A stretch of 64,000 nucleotides of DNA from Chloroflexota bacterium (GCA_043754535.1 JAYUUN010000128.1:109100-173099); one strand, 5' to 3'. Numbered from the stretch's first letter, positions 40,952 through 50,713 are shown. Notes: generated by a model not told the origin, from the letters alone. Numbers and translations: made by a program.

Positions 40952-42492
40952 TGGAAGAAACAGAAGCGGCGGTGCGCCCTGATGTTGGCGGCGGGGTGGA
41001 TACCGCCCGCCGCGTCGCCCGCAACAGCCTCAGCCCGCTGCTGGCCCAATTGCTGACGAAGGGGATAGATACCCTCTACGGCCTGATCGTGATCCGCCTG
41101 CTGGGGGATCGGCTGAACGGCAACTACGCGCTGGCGGTTGGCATCTGGCTCTACGCCAGCACGGTGAGCAACTGGGGGCTGGATGTGCTGCTGATCCGCG
41201 ATGTAGCCCGCGACCATACGCAAGCCAACCGCTACTTCAGCCACACCCTCCTGCTACGCCTCGGCCTCGCGCTGTTGCTGCTGCCGCTACTTGCGCTGCT
41301 GCTGCTACCCAATCCCGGCCTGCTGCTGGGCAAAGACCTGCAAGATAGTGGGGAGACGGTGCTGACTATCTTCCTGCTCGCCCTCTCGCTGCTGCCAGCG
41401 GCGGTGGCAGCGGCGGCAACCTCGGTCTTCCAGGCGTTCGAGCGGATGCAGGTGCCAGCGGTGGTCACCGTTGCCACCGCAGTGGTCAAGTTCGGGCTGG
41501 GCATCGGCGCACTGGGGCTGGTTTGGCTCAGTACGGGCCAGCGTCACCAGCCGCTAATGCTGATCGTGCTGGCAGCGGTACCACTGCTGGTCAACAGCTT
41601 CACCGCCACCGTCCTCTATCGGCTGATGCGCCGCAGCCTGCTCAAACCCCGCCTGGAATGGGATCGCCGCTTCGCCTTCGGCCTGCTGGTGGTCGCCCTG
41701 CCGCTGCTGCTCAACTCACTGCTAGTCAACCTGTTCTTCAAGTTCGATGTGTTCATCCTGCGGGCCAACTACCCGGCGGAGGTGTTGGGCAAGTACGACG
41801 CAGCCTACAAGTTCATCAACTTCTTCCCGCTGATCACCGCCAATCTCACCTTCGCGGTCTTCCCCATCTTCTCGCGGCGAGCGAACGATGCTGCCGCCCT
41901 CGGTCGGGCCTATGCCAAAACGCTCAAGCTGCTGCTCCTGATCGCCATGCCAACGGTGGCGGGTACGCTGTTCCTAGCCAGCACGGTGGTCTGGCTGATG
42001 GCCGGGCCAGCGTTCCTGCCTGAGGGGGGGCAGGCCTTGCAAATCCTGATCCTCTTTCTGCCCCTCAGCTTCTTTAGCGGCCTCAGCCAGTACGTGCTGA
42101 TCGCTCTCGGCCAGCAGCGGCGCATCACCCAGGCGTTCGTCCTCGTCACCGTCTTCAACATCGGGGCGAACCTGCTACTGATCCCTGCCTTCAGCCTTTA
42201 CGCCGCCAGTTGGGTGACGGTTGCCAGCGAGGTGGTGCTGTCAGTCCCGATCTACCTGCTACTGCGCCGCGCCCTCGGTGCGGCGATGCCGAACGTGCTG
42301 GCCCTGACACTCAGGCCGACGCTAGCCGCAGTGGTGGTCGGCGCAGTTGTGTGGCTAACCCTCAGCCTCGGCCTGCCAGGGCTGGTGGCAGCAGCGGCGG
42401 GCGGTTTGGTCTACATCCCATTGCTGTTCGTTCTTCGCACCTTCAGCCCCGACGAACTCGACCTGCTCAGACGCGCTCTCCACCGCAAGTAG
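40951..42492 (+). CDS. Wzx/MOP family polysaccharide flippase
   Basis: RRVARNS, NWGL..LIRDVARD, FQAFERM, GKYDAAYK; many TMs. Confidence 0.92.
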   Translation: MEETEAAVRPDVGGGVDTARRVARNSLSPLLAQLLTKGIDTLYGLIVIRLLGDRLNGNYALAVGIWLYASTVSNWGLDVLLIRDVARDHTQANRYFSHTLLLRLGLALLLLPLLALLLLPNPGLLLGKDLQDSGETVLTIFLLALSLLPAAVAAAATSVFQAFERMQVPAVVTVATAVVKFGLGIGALGLVWLSTGQRHQPLMLIVLAAVPLLVNSFTATVLYRLMRRSLLKPRLEWDRRFAFGLLVVALPLLLNSLLVNLFFKFDVFILRANYPAEVLGKYDAAYKFINFFPLITANLTFAVFPIFSRRANDAAALGRAYAKTLKLLLLIAMPTVAGTLFLASTVVWLMAGPAFLPEGGQALQILILFLPLSFFSGLSQYVLIALGQQRRITQAFVLVTVFNIGANLLLIPAFSLYAASWVTVASEVVLSVPIYLLLRRALGAAMPNVLALTLRPTLAAVVVGAVVWLTLSLGLPGLVAAAAGGLVYIPLLFVLRTFSPDELDLLRRALHRK

Positions 42493-42504
42493 CGGCAGCC
42501 ACAA

Positions 42505-42542
42505 AGAAGGAGCCGGGAGGGTTTAATCTCTCGGCTCCTTCT
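42505..42542. terminator. Bidirectional hairpin between convergent genes
   Basis: AGAAGGAGCCGGGAG-N8-CTCTCGGCTCCTTCT. Confidence 0.75.
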
Positions 42543-42563
42543 CTATAGCTAGCAATCAGCGGG

Positions 42564-44231
42564 TTAGATGTGCGGGGTTTCGGTTGGCCGTGGGGTGGCC
42601 GTTGGTTGCGGGGTGGCCGTTGGCTCACTATGCGGGGTCTCGGTTGAGCGCGGGGTCTCAGTTGGGCGGGGAGTCAAGGTTGCCGGGTGGGTCGGCTCTG
42701 GCTCGTGGGTCTGGGTCGGCTCGTGAGTCGGCTCTGGGAGCGGGGTGAAGGTTGCGGCGTGCGTCGGCTCTGGGCGTGGCGTGAGGGTCGGCTCGTGAGT
42801 CGGTTCTGGCTCGTGCGTGCGGGTCGCCTCATGGGTCGGCTCTGGGAGCGGGGTGAAGGTTGCGGCGTGGGTCGGCTCTGGGCGTGGCGTAAGGGTCGGC
42901 TCGTGAGTCGGCTCTGGCTCGTGGGTACGGGTCGGCTCGTGCGTCGGCTCAGGGCGTGGGGTCAAGGTTGCGGCGTGGGTCGGCTCAGGACGCGGGGTCA
43001 AGGTTGCGGCGTGGGTCGGCTCAGGACGCGGGGTGAAGGTTGCGGCGTGGGTCGGCTCCGGCTCGTGGGTGAAGGTTGGGGCGTGGGTCGGCTCTGGGCG
43101 TGGCGTAAGGGTCGGATTGGGAGTCCAGGTTGCCGGATGGGTTGGCTCTGGTTCGTGGGTGCGAGTAGCCTCGTGGGTTGGCTCTGGCTGGTGGGTGCGA
43201 GTAGCCTCATGGGTTGGCTCTGGTTCGTGGGTGCGGGTTGCGGCGCGAGTAGGCTCTGGTTCGTGGGTGCGAGTTGCCTCGTGGCTCGGCTCAGGGCGCG
43301 GGGTGCGGCTTGCTTCGCGGCTGGGCAGCGGTGGCGGCAGAATGTGGGTTGGCTCTGGCTCGTGGGTGCGGGTCGCGGCGTGGGTCGGCTCACCCTGCTG
43401 GGTGGCGACGGCGGTCGGCAAGATGTGGGTCGGTTCAGGGGTGCGCCGTTCGCTGATTACCATTGGGTCGGAGGGGACCGGCTCGTGGTTCTTGAGGGCG
43501 ATAGCGATCTGGAGCAGGCGGCTGTTGTTGCTCGCTACCTGGTCATAGGTAGCCTTCGCGCCAGCGGCTACCTTGTCCTTGACCGCAGCCAGCACTTGCT
43601 GTTCGCGGTCGGCGACGGTAAGCAGACGAGGGGTGAGGGCAGCAAGCTGGCTTTGCTCAATCAGCGTGGCGGCGGTGCTGACATTCTGATCGAGGTTGGC
43701 AAGCAGGTCACCTTCCACCTGGTTGCCCTTCTGGGCAGCCCGTTCGATCTCGTTCAGGCGGTTATCGGCAAATTGCAGGTGCAGGTTGGCGCGGGCATTG
43801 TCGTCGGCAGCGAAGCCGAGGCGCAAGCCTTCAGCTCCCCGCTTGACGGGGTAGAGCAAGTCGCCAGGGCTGGCATAAGCAGAAGCAGCAACACTGCCTA
43901 CCACCATGACCAGCAGCAGCAAGCTGGCGAGAGCCATGCGGCTGAAGACGCTGTTGAGGCGCAGGCGGGCGAGGAAGCCGAAGGGAGAGGCTGGCCGTTC
44001 GGCGGCGGCTGCACCGGTCAACACCCGCTGGCGGATACGGGCGCGGGTGGCTACTGCCATGCTAGCTGCTTGCTGGCTGGCACGCACCTGAAGGGCCATC
44101 GTCAGTAGGGGGCGCAGCTCGGCGGCCTGGGCAGGGTAGTGGCGCAGGCATGCTTCGATGCCTTCGGTCGGCAGGCGGTTGAGGCAATCGTCAAGGATCG
44201 CGCTCAGGTCGTTGGGTAGGGGATTGGTCAT
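42564..44231 (-). CDS. Putative anti-sigma factor: two-Cys N-domain, TM, DUF5667-like helical domain, EPTH repeat tail
   Basis: LDDCL..IEACL..YP..AAELRPLL; PGDLLYPVKRGAE..ADNRLNE; directly downstream of an ECF gene. Confidence 0.8.
   Translation of the reverse strand: MTNPLPNDLSAILDDCLNRLPTEGIEACLRHYPAQAAELRPLLTMALQVRASQQAASMAVATRARIRQRVLTGAAAAERPASPFGFLARLRLNSVFSRMALASLLLLVMVVGSVAASAYASPGDLLYPVKRGAEGLRLGFAADDNARANLHLQFADNRLNEIERAAQKGNQVEGDLLANLDQNVSTAATLIEQSQLAALTPRLLTVADREQQVLAAVKDKVAAGAKATYDQVASNNSRLLQIAIALKNHEPVPSDPMVISERRTPEPTHILPTAVATQQGEPTHAATRTHEPEPTHILPPPLPSREASRTPRPEPSHEATRTHEPEPTRAATRTHEPEPTHEATRTHQPEPTHEATRTHEPEPTHPATWTPNPTLTPRPEPTHAPTFTHEPEPTHAATFTPRPEPTHAATLTPRPEPTHAATLTPRPEPTHEPTRTHEPEPTHEPTLTPRPEPTHAATFTPLPEPTHEATRTHEPEPTHEPTLTPRPEPTHAATFTPLPEPTHEPTQTHEPEPTHPATLTPRPTETPRSTETPHSEPTATPQPTATPRPTETPHI
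42570..43440 (-). repeat. Intragenic ~36-bp tandem repeat encoding a 12-aa EPTHxxTxTxxP unit
   Basis: About 18 EPTH units plus variants counted in the translation. Confidence 0.95.
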
Positions 44232-44263
44232 CGTAGACTCCTTCGTTCTGGGTGATAACCCGC

Positions 44264-44947
44264 TCAGTGCTGGCCTTCGGCACGCAGCAACTTCTGCAAC
44301 TTCTGCAAGGCGGTGTACTGCACGTTCTTGATTGCCCCCTCAGTGCGGGCGAGCAGGTGGCCGACTTCGGCGTTGCTCAGGCCCGCCCCGTATTTGAGAG
44401 CGATCACCTGGCTTTGCAGGTCGGTCAGGTGGGTAAGGGCGGCAGCGAGTTGCGTGCGGTAGATAGAGAACTCGGCAGCGGTCACGGGGTCGTGCAGGTC
44501 GCTCACGTTGATCGCCACCGCATCAAGCGGCACGGTGGGGCGACGGGCATTGCGGCGCAGGTGGTCGGCAATCAGATTGTGGGCGATGCGGTAGAGCCAG
44601 CCCGCGAAGGCTGCCCCCCGTGTCCCCTGCTCTTGGCTGTCGCGCCAGGAGAAGCGGGCGATGTTCTCGATCATCTTGAGGAAGACCTGACCGCTAATGT
44701 CCTCGGCCACCTCCACCTGACCAACCTTGAACAGCACATAATCATAAATCGGCACGCAGTAGTATTCGTAGAGGGTGGCATACGCTTGCCGGTCACGTTG
44801 GCGGGCGCGCTCCACTACCGCAGTCAGTTCGCTATCGCTGGCAACGGCGAGGCGCGTAGTCTCCTGGTTATGTTCATAGGTAGGGGTCTCCAGCATCTCA
44901 CCGACCCCTCCTTTGGCAACGAGTACACTCTTGTTGTTGATCAACAT
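44264..44947 (-). CDS. ECF sigma-70 factor
   Basis: AEDISGQVFLK, WLYRIAHN, region 4 GLSNAEVG..GAIKNVQYTAL. Confidence 0.93.
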   Translation of the reverse strand: MLINNKSVLVAKGGVGEMLETPTYEHNQETTRLAVASDSELTAVVERARQRDRQAYATLYEYYCVPIYDYVLFKVGQVEVAEDISGQVFLKMIENIARFSWRDSQEQGTRGAAFAGWLYRIAHNLIADHLRRNARRPTVPLDAVAINVSDLHDPVTAAEFSIYRTQLAAALTHLTDLQSQVIALKYGAGLSNAEVGHLLARTEGAIKNVQYTALQKLQKLLRAEGQH

Positions 44948-45255
44948 CTATCTCAGCCTTCTCCGCCACGTAGCGGTTACTGTTCCATAAGCCTTGTATC
45001 TTGTGCTTACACAGTATTAAACGCCAGTGCGGGGCAAGAGATAGATGATATAGGCCGCTATTTGGCAGCAGCAGCATAGCATAATAGTCCTACCCTACAG
45101 TAGCCCAATGTACTTGCTACTTGTCCTTGCCCTTACTCTTGCCTTCGTCACCACCCTCGTTGCCACCCTTGTCCTTGCCACCTTTGTCGCCCTTGTCCTT
45201 GCCGCCTTTGTTCTCGGCGGTTGGGGGCGCGGGTGGCTCAACCCGCCCTGGTGGT

Positions 45256-46368
45256 TCAACCCTCAGCGGCGGTTGGGGGCGCGGGTGGCTCAACCCTCAG
45301 CGGCGGCTGGGTAGCAGTGGGTTTGGCAGTCGGAGGCAGTGGCGGGCGGGTGGCAGTGGGTTTGGCGGTCAGAGGCAGTGGCGGGTGGGTGACAGTGAGT
45401 AGGCTGGTTGGCGGCGAGTCGGTGACCGTTGGGCTGGCGGTGGGCAGGCTGGTTGGCGGCGAGTCGGTGACCGTTGGGCTGGCGGTGGGGCTAGGGAGCG
45501 CAAGCGGGCTGACGGATGAAAGCGGGCTGGCGGGTGCCGTAAGCAGCGGCAAGATCGGGTTGAGCGGCGGGCTGGGCCAGGCAGGGGCCGAGGGGTCGGC
45601 CAACATGGAGGCGGGCTGGCCGCTGATCACGGCGCGGGCGAGGGTGGCACTGCTGCTCATCTCGCGCTCAGCGGTAGCGTAGGCGGGGGCGGCATCGCTG
45701 GCGAGGTCGTTGCTCACCCTCTGCAAGGTCTGGCTGCCGCGAGTGCTGAGGTCGAGCAGGGTGCGGGCGGAGGGGTGATCCGGGAGGTAGCTGATCAGGT
45801 CGCGGGCGGTGCTGAGGTGGTCGCCGAGGTCATCGAGCAGGTCAACATCAATCAACTGCTGCCGCTCGCCGAGTGCGCCGATCTCGTGCAGGCGGTGGTC
45901 AGCGAGGTCGAGGTGCAGGCTGATGCGGCTCAGGTCGTTGGCGGTGAGGACCAGGCGCACCTGCTCCCCCCCACGCTTGACCGGGTAGAGGAAGTCGCCC
46001 GGTACGCTGCTGGCTGCCGCCGCCAGGGTGCCGTAGCTGAAGGCGGCCAGTAGCAGGCAGGTGACGGCTAGCCGCAGCAGGAGAGGCCGCCACCTGAAGG
46101 GGAGACGACTGCTGAGTGGCCGGGCCGTGGGCAGCTTCTCTGCGCGCAGGGAGGGGAGGATGCGGCGGTCGAGGCGGTCGCGGCGCAGGGGGCTGACCAC
46201 TGGCTGCTGACTCTGGCTGACATCGCTTGCCAGCAGCAGCAGCGGGCGCAACTCGGCGGCGTGCTGGGGAAAGAGGGCAAGGCACTGCTCTACATCGGCG
46301 GCAGGATCGCGGAGGCAGTAATCCAATACTTCTTCAACGCTACAGGCTGTAAAGTCGGGGTTTGCCAT
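45256..46368 (-). CDS. Second DUF5667-like putative anti-sigma; 3' end frameshifted (alternative stop at 45117)
   Basis: LDYCL..VEQCL..FP.HAAELRPLL; PGDFLYPVKRGGE; Pro/Thr tail; AGGAG RBS. Confidence 0.8.
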   Translation of the reverse strand: MANPDFTACSVEEVLDYCLRDPAADVEQCLALFPQHAAELRPLLLLASDVSQSQQPVVSPLRRDRLDRRILPSLRAEKLPTARPLSSRLPFRWRPLLLRLAVTCLLLAAFSYGTLAAAASSVPGDFLYPVKRGGEQVRLVLTANDLSRISLHLDLADHRLHEIGALGERQQLIDVDLLDDLGDHLSTARDLISYLPDHPSARTLLDLSTRGSQTLQRVSNDLASDAAPAYATAEREMSSSATLARAVISGQPASMLADPSAPAWPSPPLNPILPLLTAPASPLSSVSPLALPSPTASPTVTDSPPTSLPTASPTVTDSPPTSLLTVTHPPLPLTAKPTATRPPLPPTAKPTATQPPLRVEPPAPPTAAEG

Positions 46369-46564
46369 GAACAGTGCGTCTCCTGGGCTACTGGCAGCGG
46401 GGTGATTCGCCAGCAATACGCCCTCTCTTGCAGTGATTATAACGTAAGATGAGCAAGAGAGGTATGGGTGGAAGGGCTTTTTTGCCCACGAAAGGGAGAG
46501 GAAGTTGACGCTGCTCCGCTCCTATGTCTATAATGCAGCCACGAGGCATAGCCGGGAGGTAGCA

Positions 46565-47704
46565 GTGGCAGACGAGCAAGCGGGCGAGAGCGCAGCAGAG
46601 CAGGAGGCAGGGCGGACAGATCGCCGCCGCCAGTTGGGGACGGAACTAACCAGCAGCATCGAGCGGGTACGCAGCATCAGCCGCCGTCTGCGCCTGGCGA
46701 TCACCATGCTGCTACTGGTGCTGGTGGTCGGCACGCTCGGCTACATGGTGATCGAGGGCTGGGGGGCGGGTGACAGCCTCTATATGACGATCATCACGGT
46801 CACTACTGTTGGCTATGGCGAGACTCACACTCTGCATTGGGGCGGACGGGTCTTCACCGGTTTCCTGCTCTTTGGCGGGCTGGGGCTGCTGCTCTACGTG
46901 CTGTCGGCGGTGATCGAGGTGCTGATCGAGGCGCAGGTATCGGGGTTGGTGGGGAGGCGAAGGATGGAACGCGAGATTGAGCAGATGCACGACCACTTCA
47001 TCATCTGTGGTTACGGGCGGATCGGGCAGACGGTAGCCGAGCAACTGCGGCAGGAAGGGCAGCAGATCGTCGTGCTGGACAGTAACGCCGAGGCGGCTGA
47101 ACTTGCCCGCCTCCGTAAGCTGCCAGTGATCACGGGCGACGCGACCAGCGACGCGTTGTTGGTGCAGGCTGGTATCAAGCGCGCCCGCTGCCTGCTCTCT
47201 ACGGCAGACAGCGATGCAACCAACCTGTTCATCATCGTCTCCGCCCGCGCCCTCAACAGCCGCACGCAGATCATTGCGCGCGTCAGCAGCTTCACCAACG
47301 CGGGCAAGCTGCGCCGGGCTGGGGCCAACCACGTGATTTCGCCCTACGAACTGGGTGGCTTGCGGATGGCGACGCTGGCGACCCGCCCTGCCGTTGCCAG
47401 CTACCTCGACACTCTCCTGCACGATGAGAGCAACGACTTCAACCTGGGCGAGGTGGGGGTCGTCGTGAGCGGGCGGCTGGGGGACTTGCTGGCACTGGTG
47501 GAGCAACGCCCGGCGGTGCTGGCGGTTCACAAGCCCGACAATGTGATCCCCAACCCCCCCACCGACACGCAAGTAGCAGCGGGCGACCGCCTGATCGTGG
47601 TCGGTACTAGCAGCCAGTTGCGGGCGTTGGACGAAGCCCTGGGTGACGGGCAGCACAGCAAGGGTGAGTGGCGACATACGCTGGAGTCAGGTGGCGCAGA
47701 GTGA
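46565..47704 (+). CDS. Potassium channel with RCK (TrkA-N/C) domains
   Basis: TTVGYG filter, CGYGRIG, GDAT; GGAGG then GTG. Confidence 0.95.
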   Translation: MADEQAGESAAEQEAGRTDRRRQLGTELTSSIERVRSISRRLRLAITMLLLVLVVGTLGYMVIEGWGAGDSLYMTIITVTTVGYGETHTLHWGGRVFTGFLLFGGLGLLLYVLSAVIEVLIEAQVSGLVGRRRMEREIEQMHDHFIICGYGRIGQTVAEQLRQEGQQIVVLDSNAEAAELARLRKLPVITGDATSDALLVQAGIKRARCLLSTADSDATNLFIIVSARALNSRTQIIARVSSFTNAGKLRRAGANHVISPYELGGLRMATLATRPAVASYLDTLLHDESNDFNLGEVGVVVSGRLGDLLALVEQRPAVLAVHKPDNVIPNPPTDTQVAAGDRLIVVGTSSQLRALDEALGDGQHSKGEWRHTLESGGAE

Positions 47705-47761
47705 GGATTGCGCTGACGATGCTGCTCCCTGGTATTGCTGAACCTGCCCTGAACCAGGAAG

Positions 47762-48217
47762 CTAATGCTGCCCCTGGCGGCGGCTGATGGTCAACAGTGG
47801 GATGATGATCGTCGCGGTCAGGGCAACGAGGAAGTGCAGTGGGTTGGCGACATCGGCGAAGCCTGGGGCTAGCACTGGCATCCCAGCAGGCAGCGATGCA
47901 CCTGGACCAGCTATCAGGCTGTTGCCAATTGCGGCTAGCATTGCCAGTGCAACGAAGATCGACACTGCCACCACTGGCTTGAAGAAGCGGAGTAGAAAGT
48001 AGAATAGAACGCTGCCGATCAGGTTTGCTACCAGGCAGATGGCCGTGATGCTGAAGATGTTAAGCACACTGGCGTAGCGGTCGCCGCGATTAAGGATGTT
48101 TGTCAGGACTAGCAGGCCAATGTTAGCGAGTATTGCTGCTACCACGCCGCTGACCAATCCCGCAGACAAGAAGCGACCAATACCGTGATTGCTAGTTGTT
48201 CTACTTACCGTCTCCAT
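47762..48217 (-). CDS. Small 4-TM membrane protein (DUF6069-like)
   Basis: Four hydrophobic segments, LH in the last helix; GGGGAG RBS. Confidence 0.6.
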   Translation of the reverse strand: METVSRTTSNHGIGRFLSAGLVSGVVAAILANIGLLVLTNILNRGDRYASVLNIFSITAICLVANLIGSVLFYFLLRFFKPVVAVSIFVALAMLAAIGNSLIAGPGASLPAGMPVLAPGFADVANPLHFLVALTATIIIPLLTISRRQGQH

Positions 48218-48518
48218 CTATTGTCTCCCCTTCTGGCAAACTGTCAAAGGTGGCAACCTGGCACCCTGCCGCTGGGAACTCTAACTACCGCCCTTCGCGC
48301 CAAATGGCATCTGCACCTGGCCTGGGCAAGTGAGCTTGCCTGGCTTCTACTATAACACAAGCAGAACCTATGGGCAAGTTACAGCAGCCTTCAGTAGGCA
48401 TTCAGGGTTGCATAGGAATCGGCTAGAAGATGATTGGAGAAGGGCAAGCTGGTAGATGGCGGCTTGCTATCTATAGCACCCTGGCGACCTCACGTTTGTA
48501 GTAGAGGGCGGAGCTGGC

Positions 48519-49967
48519 TTAGGGGGCGCAGGCTAGCAGCACCCCCGCGATGCGGTTGGCCTGGCCGCCAACAGGGAGGGCGTAGCTATCCACTGCGCCT
48601 TGCAGTTGGTAGTAAAGGTTGTTGCCGCAGAGGAGCAGGGTTTGCAGCTTGCTGCCAACTGGCAGGCTGGCGAGTGTGCGTTGCTGACCGTTGCTCTGCA
48701 CCTGCTTGATGCTCACGCCGCCACCCTCGCGCCCACTATAGATCAGGCTACCATCAGCAGTCACACTGAAAACGGAGTCGGTGTCCGCCTGGGCAACAGC
48801 GGCAGCCTTGTCACTGATGAGGTCGTAGCGGAAGATTTGGGTGCCGTTCGCGTAGTAGATAGCCGAGCCATCGGCGGCGATGGTGATTGGGCCGGGGCTG
48901 CGGCTAACCTTCAGCAGTCGTCCGCTGCCTGCAAGGTCGTAGCGGTAGACGTTGCCAGTAGTCGAGCTAGCAAGGTAGTAACCCTGGCTGTCTGCTGCCC
49001 AGCCGAGTACCCGCAGGTCAGCCAGTGGGCTGATCGTCTGCATCTGCTTGCTGGCAAGGTCGTAGAGGACTATGCCGTAGCCATCGAGCAGCAGCCACTT
49101 GCCGTCGGGCGCAAAGCTGGCAGTGAGGGGGTTGGCTAGGCCGCTGTCAGCATTGATCAGCACGTCCAGGCTGGCATCAGGGACAGGGTACTGTTGCGTC
49201 TTGCCGTCGGCCAGGCTAACCACTTCGATGTACTTGGGTGCGCCGCGCACCAGGTAGGCGGCTTTGTTCGCCCCGGTTGCGGGCAGGCTCGCCATGTTAA
49301 TCTTACTAGAGAGGGGATTGATCGGCTGGCCTGGGCCAACGCTGGCAATCAGGTAGCTGTTGCTACGCAGCGAGTCGGTCGTAGTCTCGCCCGGCTGGAT
49401 GCTGGCGACAAGGGCGGCCCCACCGACCGGCGTGGCGTAGAGCGGGGTGGTGGCCGTGCCAGTGAGCGACTCGCCAGTGTGAGCGGTGATCGTCGGGGCG
49501 AGTGGGGTGGGACTGGCGACCGCCGAGGCCGCAAAGCCAATAGCGGTACTTGCGCTGGGGCTGGCATAGGCATACGGCGGATCAACAAAGCTGTTGCGGC
49601 CCAGCAACGCGCTGAACAGGCCAGCGAAGCCAACCAACATCATCATAGCCGCAAGGCTGACTGCCCAGCCGGGGCCGTGGGGGTTAGCCCGCACCTCCAT
49701 GTCCTGCCGCTTGGCCTCAACATCGGCTATTGCCCGCAAAACCCCCGCCCGCACGCGGCTGGCAGCAGGCAGGTTGGGCAGGGCTGCTATCTGTTGATCC
49801 AAGCTGCGGAAGGCTGCGAGGGTGGCAGAACAGGTGGGGCAGGTAGGCAGGTGCTGCTGAAGGATAGCGGTGTCGGCGGCAGAGAGGCTGCGGCTCAGAT
49901 AGTCACTGATCCGTTGCTGCATCGGCGCGCACTGCGGGTTAGCTGGCTGGTCGTTGCTCTTGGTCAT
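48519..49967 (-). CDS. ZAS (zf-HC2) anti-sigma factor with TM and external beta-propeller
   Basis: C...HLPTCPTC, TM, FAPDGKWL / WAADSQ / AADGSAIYY / TADGSLIY repeats. Confidence 0.88.
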   Translation of the reverse strand: MTKSNDQPANPQCAPMQQRISDYLSRSLSAADTAILQQHLPTCPTCSATLAAFRSLDQQIAALPNLPAASRVRAGVLRAIADVEAKRQDMEVRANPHGPGWAVSLAAMMMLVGFAGLFSALLGRNSFVDPPYAYASPSASTAIGFAASAVASPTPLAPTITAHTGESLTGTATTPLYATPVGGAALVASIQPGETTTDSLRSNSYLIASVGPGQPINPLSSKINMASLPATGANKAAYLVRGAPKYIEVVSLADGKTQQYPVPDASLDVLINADSGLANPLTASFAPDGKWLLLDGYGIVLYDLASKQMQTISPLADLRVLGWAADSQGYYLASSTTGNVYRYDLAGSGRLLKVSRSPGPITIAADGSAIYYANGTQIFRYDLISDKAAAVAQADTDSVFSVTADGSLIYSGREGGGVSIKQVQSNGQQRTLASLPVGSKLQTLLLCGNNLYYQLQGAVDSYALPVGGQANRIAGVLLACAP

Positions 49968-50002
49968 TACTGTCCTCTAGTTATGAAGGGAGCGGGGCGA
50001 CG

Positions 50003-50713
50003 CTAGTGGCGGCCAGGGTTGGCCTGCTGTTCGAACTGAGCTTCTTCGGTTTGTAGACGCGCAAACGCCTCTTGAAACGCCTTGCGGGCGCGAAAGAGGC
50101 GCGTTTTAATCGCTGCTTCGCTGCTATCGGTAATCTTTGCTACCTCAGCAATAGAGAACCCTTCATGAATGTTGAGCAGCAGCGCGCTGCGGTACTCTGG
50201 CGAGAGCATGGTCAACGCCTTATGTACCATCTCACCTTCGCCTGTGATCGCTGTTGGATCAATCACGCCCAACCCAACACCAGGATGACCTCCCCCAAAG
50301 TCAGACTGATGCCGAGCGGACGTGGCAGAAGAAGAAGAGAGAAAGGGTAGCAAGTTGGTTAGTGAAGTCCAGCTTACTACCTTGCGACGGCGCAGGGCAT
50401 TGCGGGCCGTGTTCGTCGCAATTGTATAGAGCCATGCTACTACGTTGCTATCAGGGCGTAGTCGGTCGTAGGCCTGGTAGGCTCGGATGAAGGCATCCTG
50501 GGCCAAATCTTCAGCCTGCTCGCGGTCGCCAACGATACGGTAGATGTAGCTGGTAATCGCTTGCTGGTAGCGGGCAAAGAGGTCGTCGAAGCTGTCAAAC
50601 CGCTCTAGTACCCGCGCTGGCTCACGATCCGTGTCGGTGTCGTTTGAGGCTGAGAGCGTCAGGTCGCCTTCTGTGGCTGCCAATGCTCTTACCTCCCCAT
50701 CGTCATTGCTCAT
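50003..50713 (-). CDS. ECF sigma-70 factor
   Basis: AEDLAQDAFIRA, WLYTIATN, GFSIAEVA..IKTRLFRAR. Confidence 0.95.
   Translation of the reverse strand: MSNDDGEVRALAATEGDLTLSASNDTDTDREPARVLERFDSFDDLFARYQQAITSYIYRIVGDREQAEDLAQDAFIRAYQAYDRLRPDSNVVAWLYTIATNTARNALRRRKVVSWTSLTNLLPFLSSSSATSARHQSDFGGGHPGVGLGVIDPTAITGEGEMVHKALTMLSPEYRSALLLNIHEGFSIAEVAKITDSSEAAIKTRLFRARKAFQEAFARLQTEEAQFEQQANPGRH

Noticed and set aside
42570..43440. Regular ~36-bp repeats resembling a CRISPR array
   Set aside because: Degenerate, in-frame coding repeats without unique spacers; no cas genes
42687..44108. Long antisense ORFs (also 4027..5049, 12493..13626, 14699..15760, 46712..47677)
   Set aside because: Shadows of well-supported genes in GC-rich DNA, with no motifs
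45108..45314. Plus-strand hydrophobic small ORF resembling a membrane peptide
   Set aside because: It is the reverse complement of the Lys/Gly/Asp tail of the frameshifted gene
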